Below, one piece after another: positions 49,779 through 58,687 of a DNA stretch of 64,000 nt. A program made the position numbers and the translations under genes. The notes under the pieces are model-generated. The model searched no databases, was not told the DNA's origin, and saw nothing but the letters and a program-made list of their open reading frames with translations. Source of the stretch: Myxococcota bacterium (lineage in GTDB: Bacteria > Myxococcota_A > UBA9160 > JAFDDA01); NCBI GenBank assembly GCA_965228475.1, contig OZ245817.1, positions 2,208,001 through 2,272,000 on the forward strand. Reading direction: 5' to 3'. How positions within the stretch are numbered: the first letter of the stretch is position 1; every line of letters begins with the position of its first letter.

Positions 49779-51116
49779 TCACGAACGCCCCTCGGTGACC
49801 TCTCGGAAGTGCCGCCCGGCATAGCGCGCCGCGAGCAGCCAGAGCACGATGATCCCGACCGTGAAGACCGAGAGCCAGCGGACGGTCGAGAAGTCGGCGA
49901 AGACCGTCGTGATGCCGAGGGTCACACCCACCGCCAAGGCCTTGGCGAAGCGCTGCACGAACATGTCGATGAAGGCCTTGGCCTTGTACTTCTCGTCGCG
50001 CGTGGTCGGGACGTAGAGGGCCTCCTTCGCCGATTGGTTGATCGAGTAGGCAAAGGCGTTGTCCGCCGTGTTGAGGAGGCTTCCGAAGAGCAGGATCGGC
50101 ACGGCCATGAACGCGGCGGACCCGCCGAGTGCGGCGATCGGGAGGACCATCAAGGCCACGCCAAGGCCGAACCGGGTCATGATGAAACTCGTGAGAAGGA
50201 GCTGCACGAGGAAGGCGACGCCGTTGCTGATCGCGTACATCGTGGCGAACTGGCGGCCGATCGCTTCGCCCTCGAGGTAGTGCACGATGGTGGCGGTGAA
50301 CTGGAAGTCCATGATCGTCGAGACGATCTCGTAGAGGCCGACGATCGCCACCACCGAGAGCAGGTAGCGCGAGCGGAAGACCAGCCGGGCGCCCTCGAGC
50401 GCCGGGTTCCCCGCCTTCGGCGGCTCTGCTTCGTCTTTGCGGGGTTCGTCCGGGGGCGGATCCCGGTCGACGATGCGGCCGGCGGCGAAGGCCACGAGCA
50501 CGATGACGACGCCGATGCCGACGCACATCCACATCCACTGGGCGGTCTCGAAGCGGTCGATCATTGAGCGCACGAACATCGAGCCGAAGGCCCCGCCCGT
50601 GACGCCGCCCAGGCCGACCAGGCCGTAGAGCCGCTTGGCCTTGTCCGGCGTGACGCTGTCGTTCAGGAAGGCGAAGAACGTCGCGACCATGAGCGTGCTG
50701 AAGGCGTCGCCGAAGAGGTAGAAGCTCCAGACCGTGGCTTCCCCGGCGCCGGTGAGCGCGGAGGCATAGAAGACGTAGGCCGCGAGGAAGAAGGCGCTGA
50801 AGACGAAGGTGAGCTGCTGCCGCCGGAGGTTCTTCGCCAGCGCCGAGAACACGACCACGGCCACGTAGGCCACGAACATGTTCATCACCTTGGCGATCAG
50901 CTCCGCCTGAGGGCCATCCCAGGCCGGCCCGAGCCAGTCGAAGGTGCGGCCTTCGTAGAACCCGATGAAGACCGTCTTCTTGATCGGCTTGAGGATCCAG
51001 AACGTGGTGATGACGAGGAAGAAGTACGAGAACATCAGGAGCGCGAGCGGGAACTCGGCCTTCCGGATGTCCATCACCGCTCGCAGCGGGTTTCCGCTGG
51101 CTTTCTCCTCGGCCAT
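49779..51116 (-). CDS. NTT/TLC (Npt1/Npt2-like) MFS transporter
   Basis: [15 protein letters not shown]...G and AKEALYVP.....KYKAK.FID.FV.R motifs; about 12 TM helices. Confidence 0.8.
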   Translation of the reverse strand: MAEEKASGNPLRAVMDIRKAEFPLALLMFSYFFLVITTFWILKPIKKTVFIGFYEGRTFDWLGPAWDGPQAELIAKVMNMFVAYVAVVVFSALAKNLRRQQLTFVFSAFFLAAYVFYASALTGAGEATVWSFYLFGDAFSTLMVATFFAFLNDSVTPDKAKRLYGLVGLGGVTGGAFGSMFVRSMIDRFETAQWMWMCVGIGVVIVLVAFAAGRIVDRDPPPDEPRKDEAEPPKAGNPALEGARLVFRSRYLLSVVAIVGLYEIVSTIMDFQFTATIVHYLEGEAIGRQFATMYAISNGVAFLVQLLLTSFIMTRFGLGVALMVLPIAALGGSAAFMAVPILLFGSLLNTADNAFAYSINQSAKEALYVPTTRDEKYKAKAFIDMFVQRFAKALAVGVTLGITTVFADFSTVRWLSVFTVGIIVLWLLAARYAGRHFREVTEGRS

Positions 51117-51239
51117 CGTGCGCGCCCTCCCGGCCCGGCGGGGCCTGGCGTGGCGAGGAGTCTAACAACCGGGGCCCGGCCAGCGCGCCCCGAATCTTCG
51201 CCGGCGGCGCGCCTGGGAGGGGCAGGGTACGCTCGGGCG

Positions 51240-51752
51240 ATGCGTGCCTACACCCGCTTCATCGCCCGCGACGGAGGCTTGCTCGCCCTGGCGATCGCGC
51301 TCTGGTGGCTTCTCGCCGAGCGCTCGGCGGGCGCTGGCGCGACGGCCGACTTCGCCGGCTTCGTCGCCGGCGCGATGCTCGGGGTCGCGGCGTACCTGCT
51401 CCACGAATGGGGGCACGTGATCGGGGGGCTCGCGAGCGGGAGCGCCATGACCGCGGCCGGCCCGCTCTCTTCGCGATACCTCTTCCGGTACGACGCGGAG
51501 AAGAACTCCCTCGGACAGTTCCTCGTGATGTCCTCGGGCGGCTTCCTCGTGACGGCGGCGATCGTCTGGGCCTACCACGTGTACCTGCCCGATGGCCTGC
51601 TCGCCTCGCGCGTGGCGCGCGGCGCATCGCTGTTCCTCGCGTTCCTCGGCCTGGTGCTCGAGTTCCCGCTGGTGCTGCTCGCGATCTATCGGGGGGCGGC
51701 GCCGGCGGAAGCCGCCGTGTCCATCCGGGCCGGGGGGCCGGCCGAGGCCTAG
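51240..51752 (+). CDS. Small membrane protein with HExxH motif (M50-like)
   Basis: LLHEWGHVIGG next to a TM helix; 4 hydrophobic segments. Confidence 0.6.
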   Translation: MRAYTRFIARDGGLLALAIALWWLLAERSAGAGATADFAGFVAGAMLGVAAYLLHEWGHVIGGLASGSAMTAAGPLSSRYLFRYDAEKNSLGQFLVMSSGGFLVTAAIVWAYHVYLPDGLLASRVARGASLFLAFLGLVLEFPLVLLAIYRGAAPAEAAVSIRAGGPAEA

Positions 51753-51758
51753 GCCCGC

Positions 51759-53195
51759 TCAGCCGAGCGCATGCCAGAGATAGTTCAAGTAGGCCTTGAG
51801 CTTCCATTCGACGGCCTGCCAGTAGGTCTCGCGGGAGATCTCCCCGCGCTCGGCGAGGTCGGCCCACTTCTCGCCCTCGCGCCGGGTGACCTCGAGCTCG
51901 AGGCGGGCGAGCAGCTCCTGGGGCGGGACGCCGAACACCTCCCGGGTCGGCCGCGAGAGTTCGTAGGCGTGGGAGAGCCGGGCGCCCGAGTGCGCGGCGA
52001 AGGCGTAGCTCGGGAAGAAGTGCCAGATCGCGATCGGGATCTCGTCCCAGCCGTCGTCCCACGACCACGGCGGCTTGGGGCGGGACCAGCCCATCTTCGA
52101 GTAGTCGCGGCCGGCGATGTAGCGGCCGATCTCGATCGGGCTTCCGTCCTCCCACGTGCCGAGGCGGATCGATTCCTCGAAGAGCCCGGTGCCGCGTCCT
52201 TCGCTGCCGAAGGGGCCGCGCGCCTGTGAGTACCAGGCGCTGAAGTCGACGAGCTCGTAGGTCGCATCGGTCTGGACGCTGCGGTCCGCGCGGGGTGCGA
52301 CGGGCTCGCGGCGGCCCTGCCAGCGGAGGATCTTCACGTCGCTCGCGAGGGCGTCGAGGTCGAGCCGCTGGAAGGCGCGCACGCCGTGGCCCTGGGGCTG
52401 GCTGTAGACGAGCAGGTGGGCCTCGTTCTCGAAGTGCAGCGCGCCGTGGACGGGTTCGCTTCCGCGGCTCGTCCCGCTGCGGTCGTACAACAGGAACCGG
52501 TTGTGGAACCAGGTCTCCGCCTGCTCGACGCGGCCGCTCGAGCGATCGACACGGATCATCAAGCCCTCGTTGTCGCTGTCGTGATAGCTCCAGTCCGTGA
52601 ACCACTGGCGCAGGGGGTGGTCGTAGTCCTTCGCGTGGTAGAGCGAGTAGGTCAGGTAGAAGGAGTCGGCCGTGACGGCGGTGAGTTCGCCGTACACCGC
52701 GGCGCGGTGGGGCCGATGGCTCGGTTCGTTCTCGACGTTGTCGCGCGGGTCGAGGTTGCCGTCGAAATCGATGCGCACGGGGATGTCCCACTCGGGGTGG
52801 TGCGCGAGCTTCTGCACGATCACCGGCGCGTAGCGTTCGACGAGATGCCGGGCGAGCGCGTCCGGCGACGGGTCCTCGGGCGCGGCGCTCGCCGGCGTCG
52901 GCGGCCCGGGGAGGATCGGCGACGCGCCGGCGGACCCGGCGGCCCAGTCGGACTGGAGGCGATAGTCGGCCTGCTCGCCGATCAGGCTCTCGTTCGCGGT
53001 GATCAGGATCTCGCCGGTCAGCAGGACGGTCAGCGGCAGGCCGACGGCCAGGTAGAGCACCGAGTGCAGCGCCACGATCGCGCTGCGGCCGACGCCGGGC
53101 TCCGGCGCGAAGCGCTCACGCAGCCAGCGCGGGCCGGCGGCGATGGCGTCCCAGATCAGCCACGGAAACAGAACGATGCGCAGCGCGGACTTCAC
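51759..53195 (-). CDS. Membrane-anchored hypothetical protein (YAP...DFDG...H..D.EG motifs)
   Basis: N-terminal TM helices, Pro-rich linker and a Trp/Tyr-rich domain; coding-like codon bias. Start uncertain. Confidence 0.6.
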   Translation of the reverse strand: MKSALRIVLFPWLIWDAIAAGPRWLRERFAPEPGVGRSAIVALHSVLYLAVGLPLTVLLTGEILITANESLIGEQADYRLQSDWAAGSAGASPILPGPPTPASAAPEDPSPDALARHLVERYAPVIVQKLAHHPEWDIPVRIDFDGNLDPRDNVENEPSHRPHRAAVYGELTAVTADSFYLTYSLYHAKDYDHPLRQWFTDWSYHDSDNEGLMIRVDRSSGRVEQAETWFHNRFLLYDRSGTSRGSEPVHGALHFENEAHLLVYSQPQGHGVRAFQRLDLDALASDVKILRWQGRREPVAPRADRSVQTDATYELVDFSAWYSQARGPFGSEGRGTGLFEESIRLGTWEDGSPIEIGRYIAGRDYSKMGWSRPKPPWSWDDGWDEIPIAIWHFFPSYAFAAHSGARLSHAYELSRPTREVFGVPPQELLARLELEVTRREGEKWADLAERGEISRETYWQAVEWKLKAYLNYLWHALG

Positions 53196-53325
53196 CCAGG
53201 CCCCCCGTCGCCGTATCGACCCGCGCAGGCACCGACTCAAGGGATTCCCCCACGGATCCGATGAGACCGGAGGGGATCTGCACACCCGAGAGGGGGAGCT
53301 GCACGTTCCGGCGAAGGAGGGCTGC

Positions 53326-54483
53326 GTGTCTCGCACCCGAAGGTTCGGAGGGGCCCGACCGAGGACCGTCCGCCCGCGCGGGCCGGCCGCTTGGCTCGGA
53401 TGGTTCTCGTGCGCCCTGGCGCTCCTGGCGCCGGCGTGCGGACGCCCGGAACCCGACCACCCGCGCGGCTTCTTCCTGTTCGCGGAGGGTGCGGCCCTGA
53501 GAGAGCTCCTCGCGGGCTTCGCGGGCCTCGAGGGGACGCCGCTCGGCGAACGTTCGGCGCGTCTGCTCCCCCGGCTCGAAGGCTGCGAATGGGTCGCGGG
53601 GCACGCCGAATCGGGTGGGCTCGAGGCCCTGATCGAGCGACTCGCCTGCGCCTCGGCGGCCGAGGAGCCGAAGGCCGTCGCCAGTCTTCGCGCGGAACGA
53701 AGCGGCGTGTTCCTGGCGCCGGCGTTCCGCATCCGTGGCCAGGTGGCGTCCGGCGCGGTGGCCCTCGACGTATCCCTGCGCGACTCCGAAGACACCGGAG
53801 CCCTGGCCCTGTTCCTGCCGGACGACGACGCGGCAGGTCCCTCCGCGCTCTCGGCGGAGGCGACATTGCTTCACGCCCGGGTGCGCCCGCGCGAAGGGCT
53901 CGATCTCGGCCGCTTCGTCTCCGAGGGAGGCCAGGGTGACCGGCTCTTCCGCTTGAAGAGCGGACTTCTCTCGGACGCCGTGCTCGAGGGCGTCTGGGAA
54001 CTCGCCGCCTACATGCCGGAGGCTGGCGCCGCGCTGCCACCCATGGCCGCCGCGCTCGACGTGCGCAGCGAGGCCGTCGCCCGGGAGGCGATCGAGGGGT
54101 TCGTCGCTGCGCTCTCGGAAGCCTGGCCCATCCACCGGACGCCGGCGCGCTTTTCGGCGGGCGAGGGCGCCTGCTTCTTCGATCTTCGGATCCTTCCCGA
54201 CTTCGCGCCGTGCTACCTGCTTCGCCCCGGGGCGCTCGTGCTCGGCTGGAACCCGGCGAGCCTCGAACGCGCCTTTGCGGGTGCGGGCGACGGCGCGGCC
54301 GCGAGTCGCTTGACGCTGCATCTCGATCGCCTGCCCGAGGCCGACGGCCGGCTCGCCGGCTCGCGCGGCCCGCTGCAGTACGCCTGGGAGAGGCTCGAGA
54401 TCGCTCCCGGCGGCGACGGGGGGGATCTGCGCATCCGTCTCGTCCCACGAAGTCGCTCCGGCCTCGAAGTGGGTGCGCGATGA
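53326..54483 (+). CDS. Hypothetical lipoprotein
   Basis: GTG after AAGGAGG; hydrophobic stretch followed by LAPAC; stop overlaps the next ATG. Confidence 0.6.
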   Translation: MSRTRRFGGARPRTVRPRGPAAWLGWFSCALALLAPACGRPEPDHPRGFFLFAEGAALRELLAGFAGLEGTPLGERSARLLPRLEGCEWVAGHAESGGLEALIERLACASAAEEPKAVASLRAERSGVFLAPAFRIRGQVASGAVALDVSLRDSEDTGALALFLPDDDAAGPSALSAEATLLHARVRPREGLDLGRFVSEGGQGDRLFRLKSGLLSDAVLEGVWELAAYMPEAGAALPPMAAALDVRSEAVAREAIEGFVAALSEAWPIHRTPARFSAGEGACFFDLRILPDFAPCYLLRPGALVLGWNPASLERAFAGAGDGAAASRLTLHLDRLPEADGRLAGSRGPLQYAWERLEIAPGGDGGDLRIRLVPRSRSGLEVGAR

Positions 54484-56777
54484 GGCGTCACACCACGGCC
54501 CTGGCCTTCGTCCTCTTCGGCGTGATGGCGACGCTCGGCGTGGTCAGCGCGGAGCGGGTCGGGCGGCAGATGCGGGTGGCCAAGACCTGCACCGCGGCCA
54601 TCGAAGGACGCTTCGAAGACGCGCTTGCCGCGTCCGAAGGCCTCGCCGCCTCCGATACGGACGGACGCTTCGCGGCCGAGTGCCGGTGCCGCGCGCTCGG
54701 CGCCCTCGGCCGCGAGGGCGAATGCATCGCGCTGCTCGACGGTCTCCTCGACGAGGCCCCGGACTGGGTCCCGCCGCCGGACCTCGCGGCCGCGGTGGTG
54801 CGAGCGCGCCAGGCGTCGGGCGAGAACGCCCGGGCCGTGGCGCTCGCTCGCCGGGCGAGTGCCGCCCACCCGCGCGATGCCGCCCTGACCCAGCTCGAGA
54901 TCGCGGTGCGCAGCCCGCTCGAAGGCGAGACCGCGGTGGTCGAGGACGTGACGCGGCGGCTCGCCGCGCACCCGGACGCCCTCGGCCCGCGCCTCGCCCT
55001 CGGCGTCGTCCACTCACGCCGCCAGGACGCGGCCCGTGCAGCGGAAGCGCTCGGCGAAACGCCCCCGCCCGCCAGCGACCCCTACCTGACGTTCTGGTTC
55101 CAGGCGCGGGCCTGGGCGCTCGCGAACCTCGGAGACCTCGAGGGCGTCCGCGCCACCTACGCCGCATGGCTCGAGCGCGGCGGGGATGCCCGCGCCATCC
55201 AGGCGGACTACGCGCTCCAGCTCTCGGTCGCGCAGCTCCGCGATCCGGACCGCACCTGGATCGAGCTGATCGAGGGCGCCCTCGAGCACGAGGAGAGCTA
55301 CGCCGACCCGAAGGTGCCCGCCGCGCTCTACGCGCGCTGGATCGGTCACCTGATGGTCGAGGATCGGCACGAGGAGGCCCTCGCGCTCTACGACCGCGCC
55401 GCGGCGCGCCACGAGCTCGTCGGCCTGACCCGGGAGCAGATCCTCCAGGAGCGGGTGGTGGCGAGTCTCGTCGAGCGGCCCGCGGCGGAGACCAAGGGCA
55501 CGCTGGTCTTCTCGCTGCCCGAAGGCCTCGCGGCGGCGACGCTTTGGCTTTCCGCCGATCCCGAGGTGGCACCGGACGCCGTGTTCGAGCGTCACGTACT
55601 CGTCGCGGGCGAGCCGCTGCATCTCGATCGCACCGTTTCGGTCACCCCCCAGCGCTGGGTGCTCACCGACGAGGCGGGGGTGCGCGCCTCGGGAAGCGCC
55701 TGGCCGGGTCTCGGGATCGAGACTCCGGTCGCGATGGCGCCGCGCGCCCCGGCCGCGCTCGCGCCGGCCTTCGAGCCCGCCCAGGCCCCCGCCGACGGGC
55801 GACGGCGCGTCTTCGTCCTGATCCCGGACTGCGGCGACTGGCGCCTCATCCAGTATCTGCGCGCGCGCGGTGAACTCCCGGTGCACGATGCGATGCTGCA
55901 GCGCGGTCTCCGCGCGGTTCTCGAGAGCAACCCACCGGTGACCGCCGCCGCGATGGAGAAGCTCGTCTGGCCCGAGCGCGGCCGGAACAAGAGCGTGCTC
56001 GGGGAGTGGAACCGGCTGGGCCTCGAGATCGGCGGCCTGGCATCGGTCGGCCGGAACCCGCTCGGCTTCCTGGCCGCGGTGCTCCCCGAGAGTCGGAGCG
56101 TCTTCGAGGTGATCGGTGGCGGTCCGCACGTGGCCGCGAACCTGCTCTTCTCCCACGGCGGGATCGACGCCGGCCACCATGCCCGGCGGGTCGGTCCGCA
56201 CGGCGGGAATCGCCAGGAGGTGCCGCTTCCCTCCGCTCGCGAGCTCCGCCCGGAGGAGCGCGCGCTCTTCCGGAGCCCGCTGAGCGAGCGCGGAGAGATC
56301 CACGCGCGCAACCTCGCGGCCGAGATGGACGTGGCCGTCGAGATCGCCCGGGCCGGGGAGATCGACTTCGTGATGCTCCGCCTCGAGCCGCTCGACCTCC
56401 TGACCCACGAGCTCTTCGGGGAGCTCGTCGGCAACCAGCAGGACGACGGCCGCTCGGCGCTCCTCGACGCCTACCGCTACCTCGACGCCCGCTTCGCCGC
56501 CCTGTGGAATGCCCTCGACGAGGACGACGTTCTCATCGTGCTGTCCGACCACGGCGCGCGCACCGCCATGGAGCACTCGCTGGACGCGTTCTTCGTGGCG
56601 GTCGGGGGCGGTGTCGAGCCGGGCCGCATCCCGGGGATGCCGGAGATCGGTGGGGTGCCGCGTGCCCTCGCGGCGCTCTTCGGCCATGCCGAGGATTGGC
56701 CAGAAACGGGCGTGGCCGCCTCCCTGGTCGGGGAGACGGCCACGCAGGAACGTCGGCTTTCGCGGAGTGCGCCCTAG
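54480..56777 (+). CDS. TPR-like plus alkaline-phosphatase-superfamily (phosphodiesterase-like) protein
   Basis: N-terminal TM, helical repeats, then VFVLIPDCGDW, PPVT, DLLTH, LSDHG and EH motifs. Confidence 0.7.
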   Translation: MRRHTTALAFVLFGVMATLGVVSAERVGRQMRVAKTCTAAIEGRFEDALAASEGLAASDTDGRFAAECRCRALGALGREGECIALLDGLLDEAPDWVPPPDLAAAVVRARQASGENARAVALARRASAAHPRDAALTQLEIAVRSPLEGETAVVEDVTRRLAAHPDALGPRLALGVVHSRRQDAARAAEALGETPPPASDPYLTFWFQARAWALANLGDLEGVRATYAAWLERGGDARAIQADYALQLSVAQLRDPDRTWIELIEGALEHEESYADPKVPAALYARWIGHLMVEDRHEEALALYDRAAARHELVGLTREQILQERVVASLVERPAAETKGTLVFSLPEGLAAATLWLSADPEVAPDAVFERHVLVAGEPLHLDRTVSVTPQRWVLTDEAGVRASGSAWPGLGIETPVAMAPRAPAALAPAFEPAQAPADGRRRVFVLIPDCGDWRLIQYLRARGELPVHDAMLQRGLRAVLESNPPVTAAAMEKLVWPERGRNKSVLGEWNRLGLEIGGLASVGRNPLGFLAAVLPESRSVFEVIGGGPHVAANLLFSHGGIDAGHHARRVGPHGGNRQEVPLPSARELRPEERALFRSPLSERGEIHARNLAAEMDVAVEIARAGEIDFVMLRLEPLDLLTHELFGELVGNQQDDGRSALLDAYRYLDARFAALWNALDEDDVLIVLSDHGARTAMEHSLDAFFVAVGGGVEPGRIPGMPEIGGVPRALAALFGHAEDWPETGVAASLVGETATQERRLSRSAP

Positions 56778-56816
56778 GCGCGGCACTCTCGCGAAGCGCG
56801 CCTTCGGCGCGGCAGC

Positions 56817-57419
56817 CTAGCGGCGGCGGAGGGCCAGGGGAGCGAGCGCCGCGAGCAGGAGCGCGAGGCTTCCGGGCTCCGGCACCGTCGAGGCGGGGAT
56901 GCCCACGGCGAAGCCGTTGCGGTTGCCGAACTCGAGCGGCTCCGTGGAACCGAGCGCTGCAGCGATCCCGGTCCCGTTCGGCACGTCGCCAGAGCAGTCC
57001 CGTCCCGCGGGGCACTCGATAGGACCGCCGTCCAGAGGGCCTGTCAGGACGTAGACGAAGAAATCGTCGTCGATGCCGTCCGCGATCGGGTTGGTGATGT
57101 CGAAGGCGATCGAGAAGAGATCCGTCGTCAGCGGCCCCGCGATGTTGAGCGACGCCAAGCGGGCGCGATCGTCCCCGGGCGCGCCGAACGGCAGGCCCCC
57201 AGTGTAGAGAAGCGTGGTGGAGTCCAGCGTCAACTCTGTGGGATCCCAGCCGACACTCACGTCGAAGCTCGAGACGGCGACCTCCTGGTCAAGGCCAACG
57301 GTGAAGATGATCTGGTCTCCGACGATCTCCTGATCGAGGGTCAGGTTGACCGTCAGCGCCTGGGCCGAGCCGGCGACGGCGACGGCCGCGAGGGCGCACA
57401 AGAAATGGCTGATCCGCAT
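56817..57419 (-). CDS. PEP-CTERM sorting domain protein (cohesin-like N-terminal domain)
   Basis: GGAGG RBS; signal peptide ending AQA; C-terminus VPEPGSLALLLAALAPLALRRR. Confidence 0.9.
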   Translation of the reverse strand: MRISHFLCALAAVAVAGSAQALTVNLTLDQEIVGDQIIFTVGLDQEVAVSSFDVSVGWDPTELTLDSTTLLYTGGLPFGAPGDDRARLASLNIAGPLTTDLFSIAFDITNPIADGIDDDFFVYVLTGPLDGGPIECPAGRDCSGDVPNGTGIAAALGSTEPLEFGNRNGFAVGIPASTVPEPGSLALLLAALAPLALRRR

Positions 57420-57642
57420 GGTTCTCCTCCGCAGGGCGGCGATTGCGCTGCCCGAGTGCTGGAGGTGAGTGGGGGCCCGATTTCGTTTGTGTCAGCGGAT
57501 TCCGTAGGCCGATCGGCCTAGTCCGGGGGAGAGCGACCGGAAGGACGCGCGCAACTCGGGCCGTTTCCGGCCGAGGCAGCGAACAGGGCGGCCCCCTCGG
57601 GCCCCGCGGGCTCGAGGGCGGTGGGCGGCGCCCTCGTGCGGT

Positions 57643-58542
57643 CTAGGAGGCGGCCTTCTTCCGGCGGGGCTTCTTGGAGCCCTTCGCGGCCTCCGGCTCG
57701 ACCTTGGCCATCTTGCGCTTGGGCCGGGCCTTGGCGGCCGTCTTCTTCGCGGCCGGCTTGGCCGGGCTCCGCTTGTCCGAGAGGCTCTTCTTGAGGGCCG
57801 CCACGAGGTCGATGATCTGCTCGCGCTCCTGCTGGGGCGCGGCGGCGACGACCTCCTCGCCGGCGACCTTGCGCTCGACCGCGGCGAGCACGGCCTGGCG
57901 GTAGCCGTCCTCGTAGCCCTCGGGCTCGAACTTCTTGCTGGCGAGCTGCCCGATCAGCTGCTCCGCGAGCTTGCGCTCGCCGTCCTTCAGCTTCACCGGA
58001 TCGCCGAACTCGATGTCGTCGAAGCTCGCGACCTCGTCGGCGTAGTGGAGGCCCTGGAGGACGAGGCCGTTGCCGAGGGGCCGGATCAGGACGAGCTGGT
58101 CCTTGCCGCGCGTGGCGAAGCGGCCGACGGCGACCTGGCCCGTCTTCTTCATCGCCTCACACAGGAGCGTGTAGGCCTTCTGGCCGCCCTTGTCGGGGCC
58201 GAGCAGGTTCGCCTTCTCGTAGTAGAGCGGGTCGACCTGCTCGATCGGTACGAACTCCTCGATCTCGATGGTGCGGTCGCTCTTGGCCTCGAGGGCCTTC
58301 AGCTCCTCGTCCGTGAAGACCACGAACTGGTCGCGGGCGTACTCGTAGCCCTTCACCATGTCGCTGCGTTCGACCTTCTCGCCGGTGGCGGCGGAGACGT
58401 ACTGCTGCTTCACCCGGCCGTGCTTCTTCGGCTCGAGCATCTTGAAGTGGACGGACTTCGAGCGGCTCGCGGTGTAGAGCTTCACCGGGATCGAGACGAG
58501 GCCGAACGAGATGGTTCCGGAGGCGATCGCGCGGGCAGGCAT
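57643..58542 (-). CDS. ku: NHEJ DNA end-binding protein Ku
   Basis: GTISFGLVSIPVKLY, KGYEY and IIDL.AALKKSL motifs; basic C-terminal tail. Confidence 0.95.
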   Translation of the reverse strand: MPARAIASGTISFGLVSIPVKLYTASRSKSVHFKMLEPKKHGRVKQQYVSAATGEKVERSDMVKGYEYARDQFVVFTDEELKALEAKSDRTIEIEEFVPIEQVDPLYYEKANLLGPDKGGQKAYTLLCEAMKKTGQVAVGRFATRGKDQLVLIRPLGNGLVLQGLHYADEVASFDDIEFGDPVKLKDGERKLAEQLIGQLASKKFEPEGYEDGYRQAVLAAVERKVAGEEVVAAAPQQEREQIIDLVAALKKSLSDKRSPAKPAAKKTAAKARPKRKMAKVEPEAAKGSKKPRRKKAAS

Positions 58543-58687
58543 GTGGAAGAATCCCTGGGGGGAGGCTCTGGAAGCTGGAGGATAGAACGTCGTACCATAC
58601 CGGTTCGGCACGCGGCGGCTCAAGCGTTAAGGGTCGCAGCACCGGACCCCAAGGGCCCGGAACGCCACGGGAGGCTCCGAGGCCAGA

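Noticed and set aside
57440..57456. GG-N10-GC sigma54 promoter candidate upstream of the PEP-CTERM gene
   Set aside because: Poor match to TGGCAC-N5-TTGC, and this spacing is common by chance at this GC content.
57594..57618. Hairpin CCCTCGGGCCC-cgc-GGGCTCGAGGG downstream of ku
   Set aside because: No U tract on the ku strand and not repeated elsewhere, so neither a terminator nor a REP element is supported.
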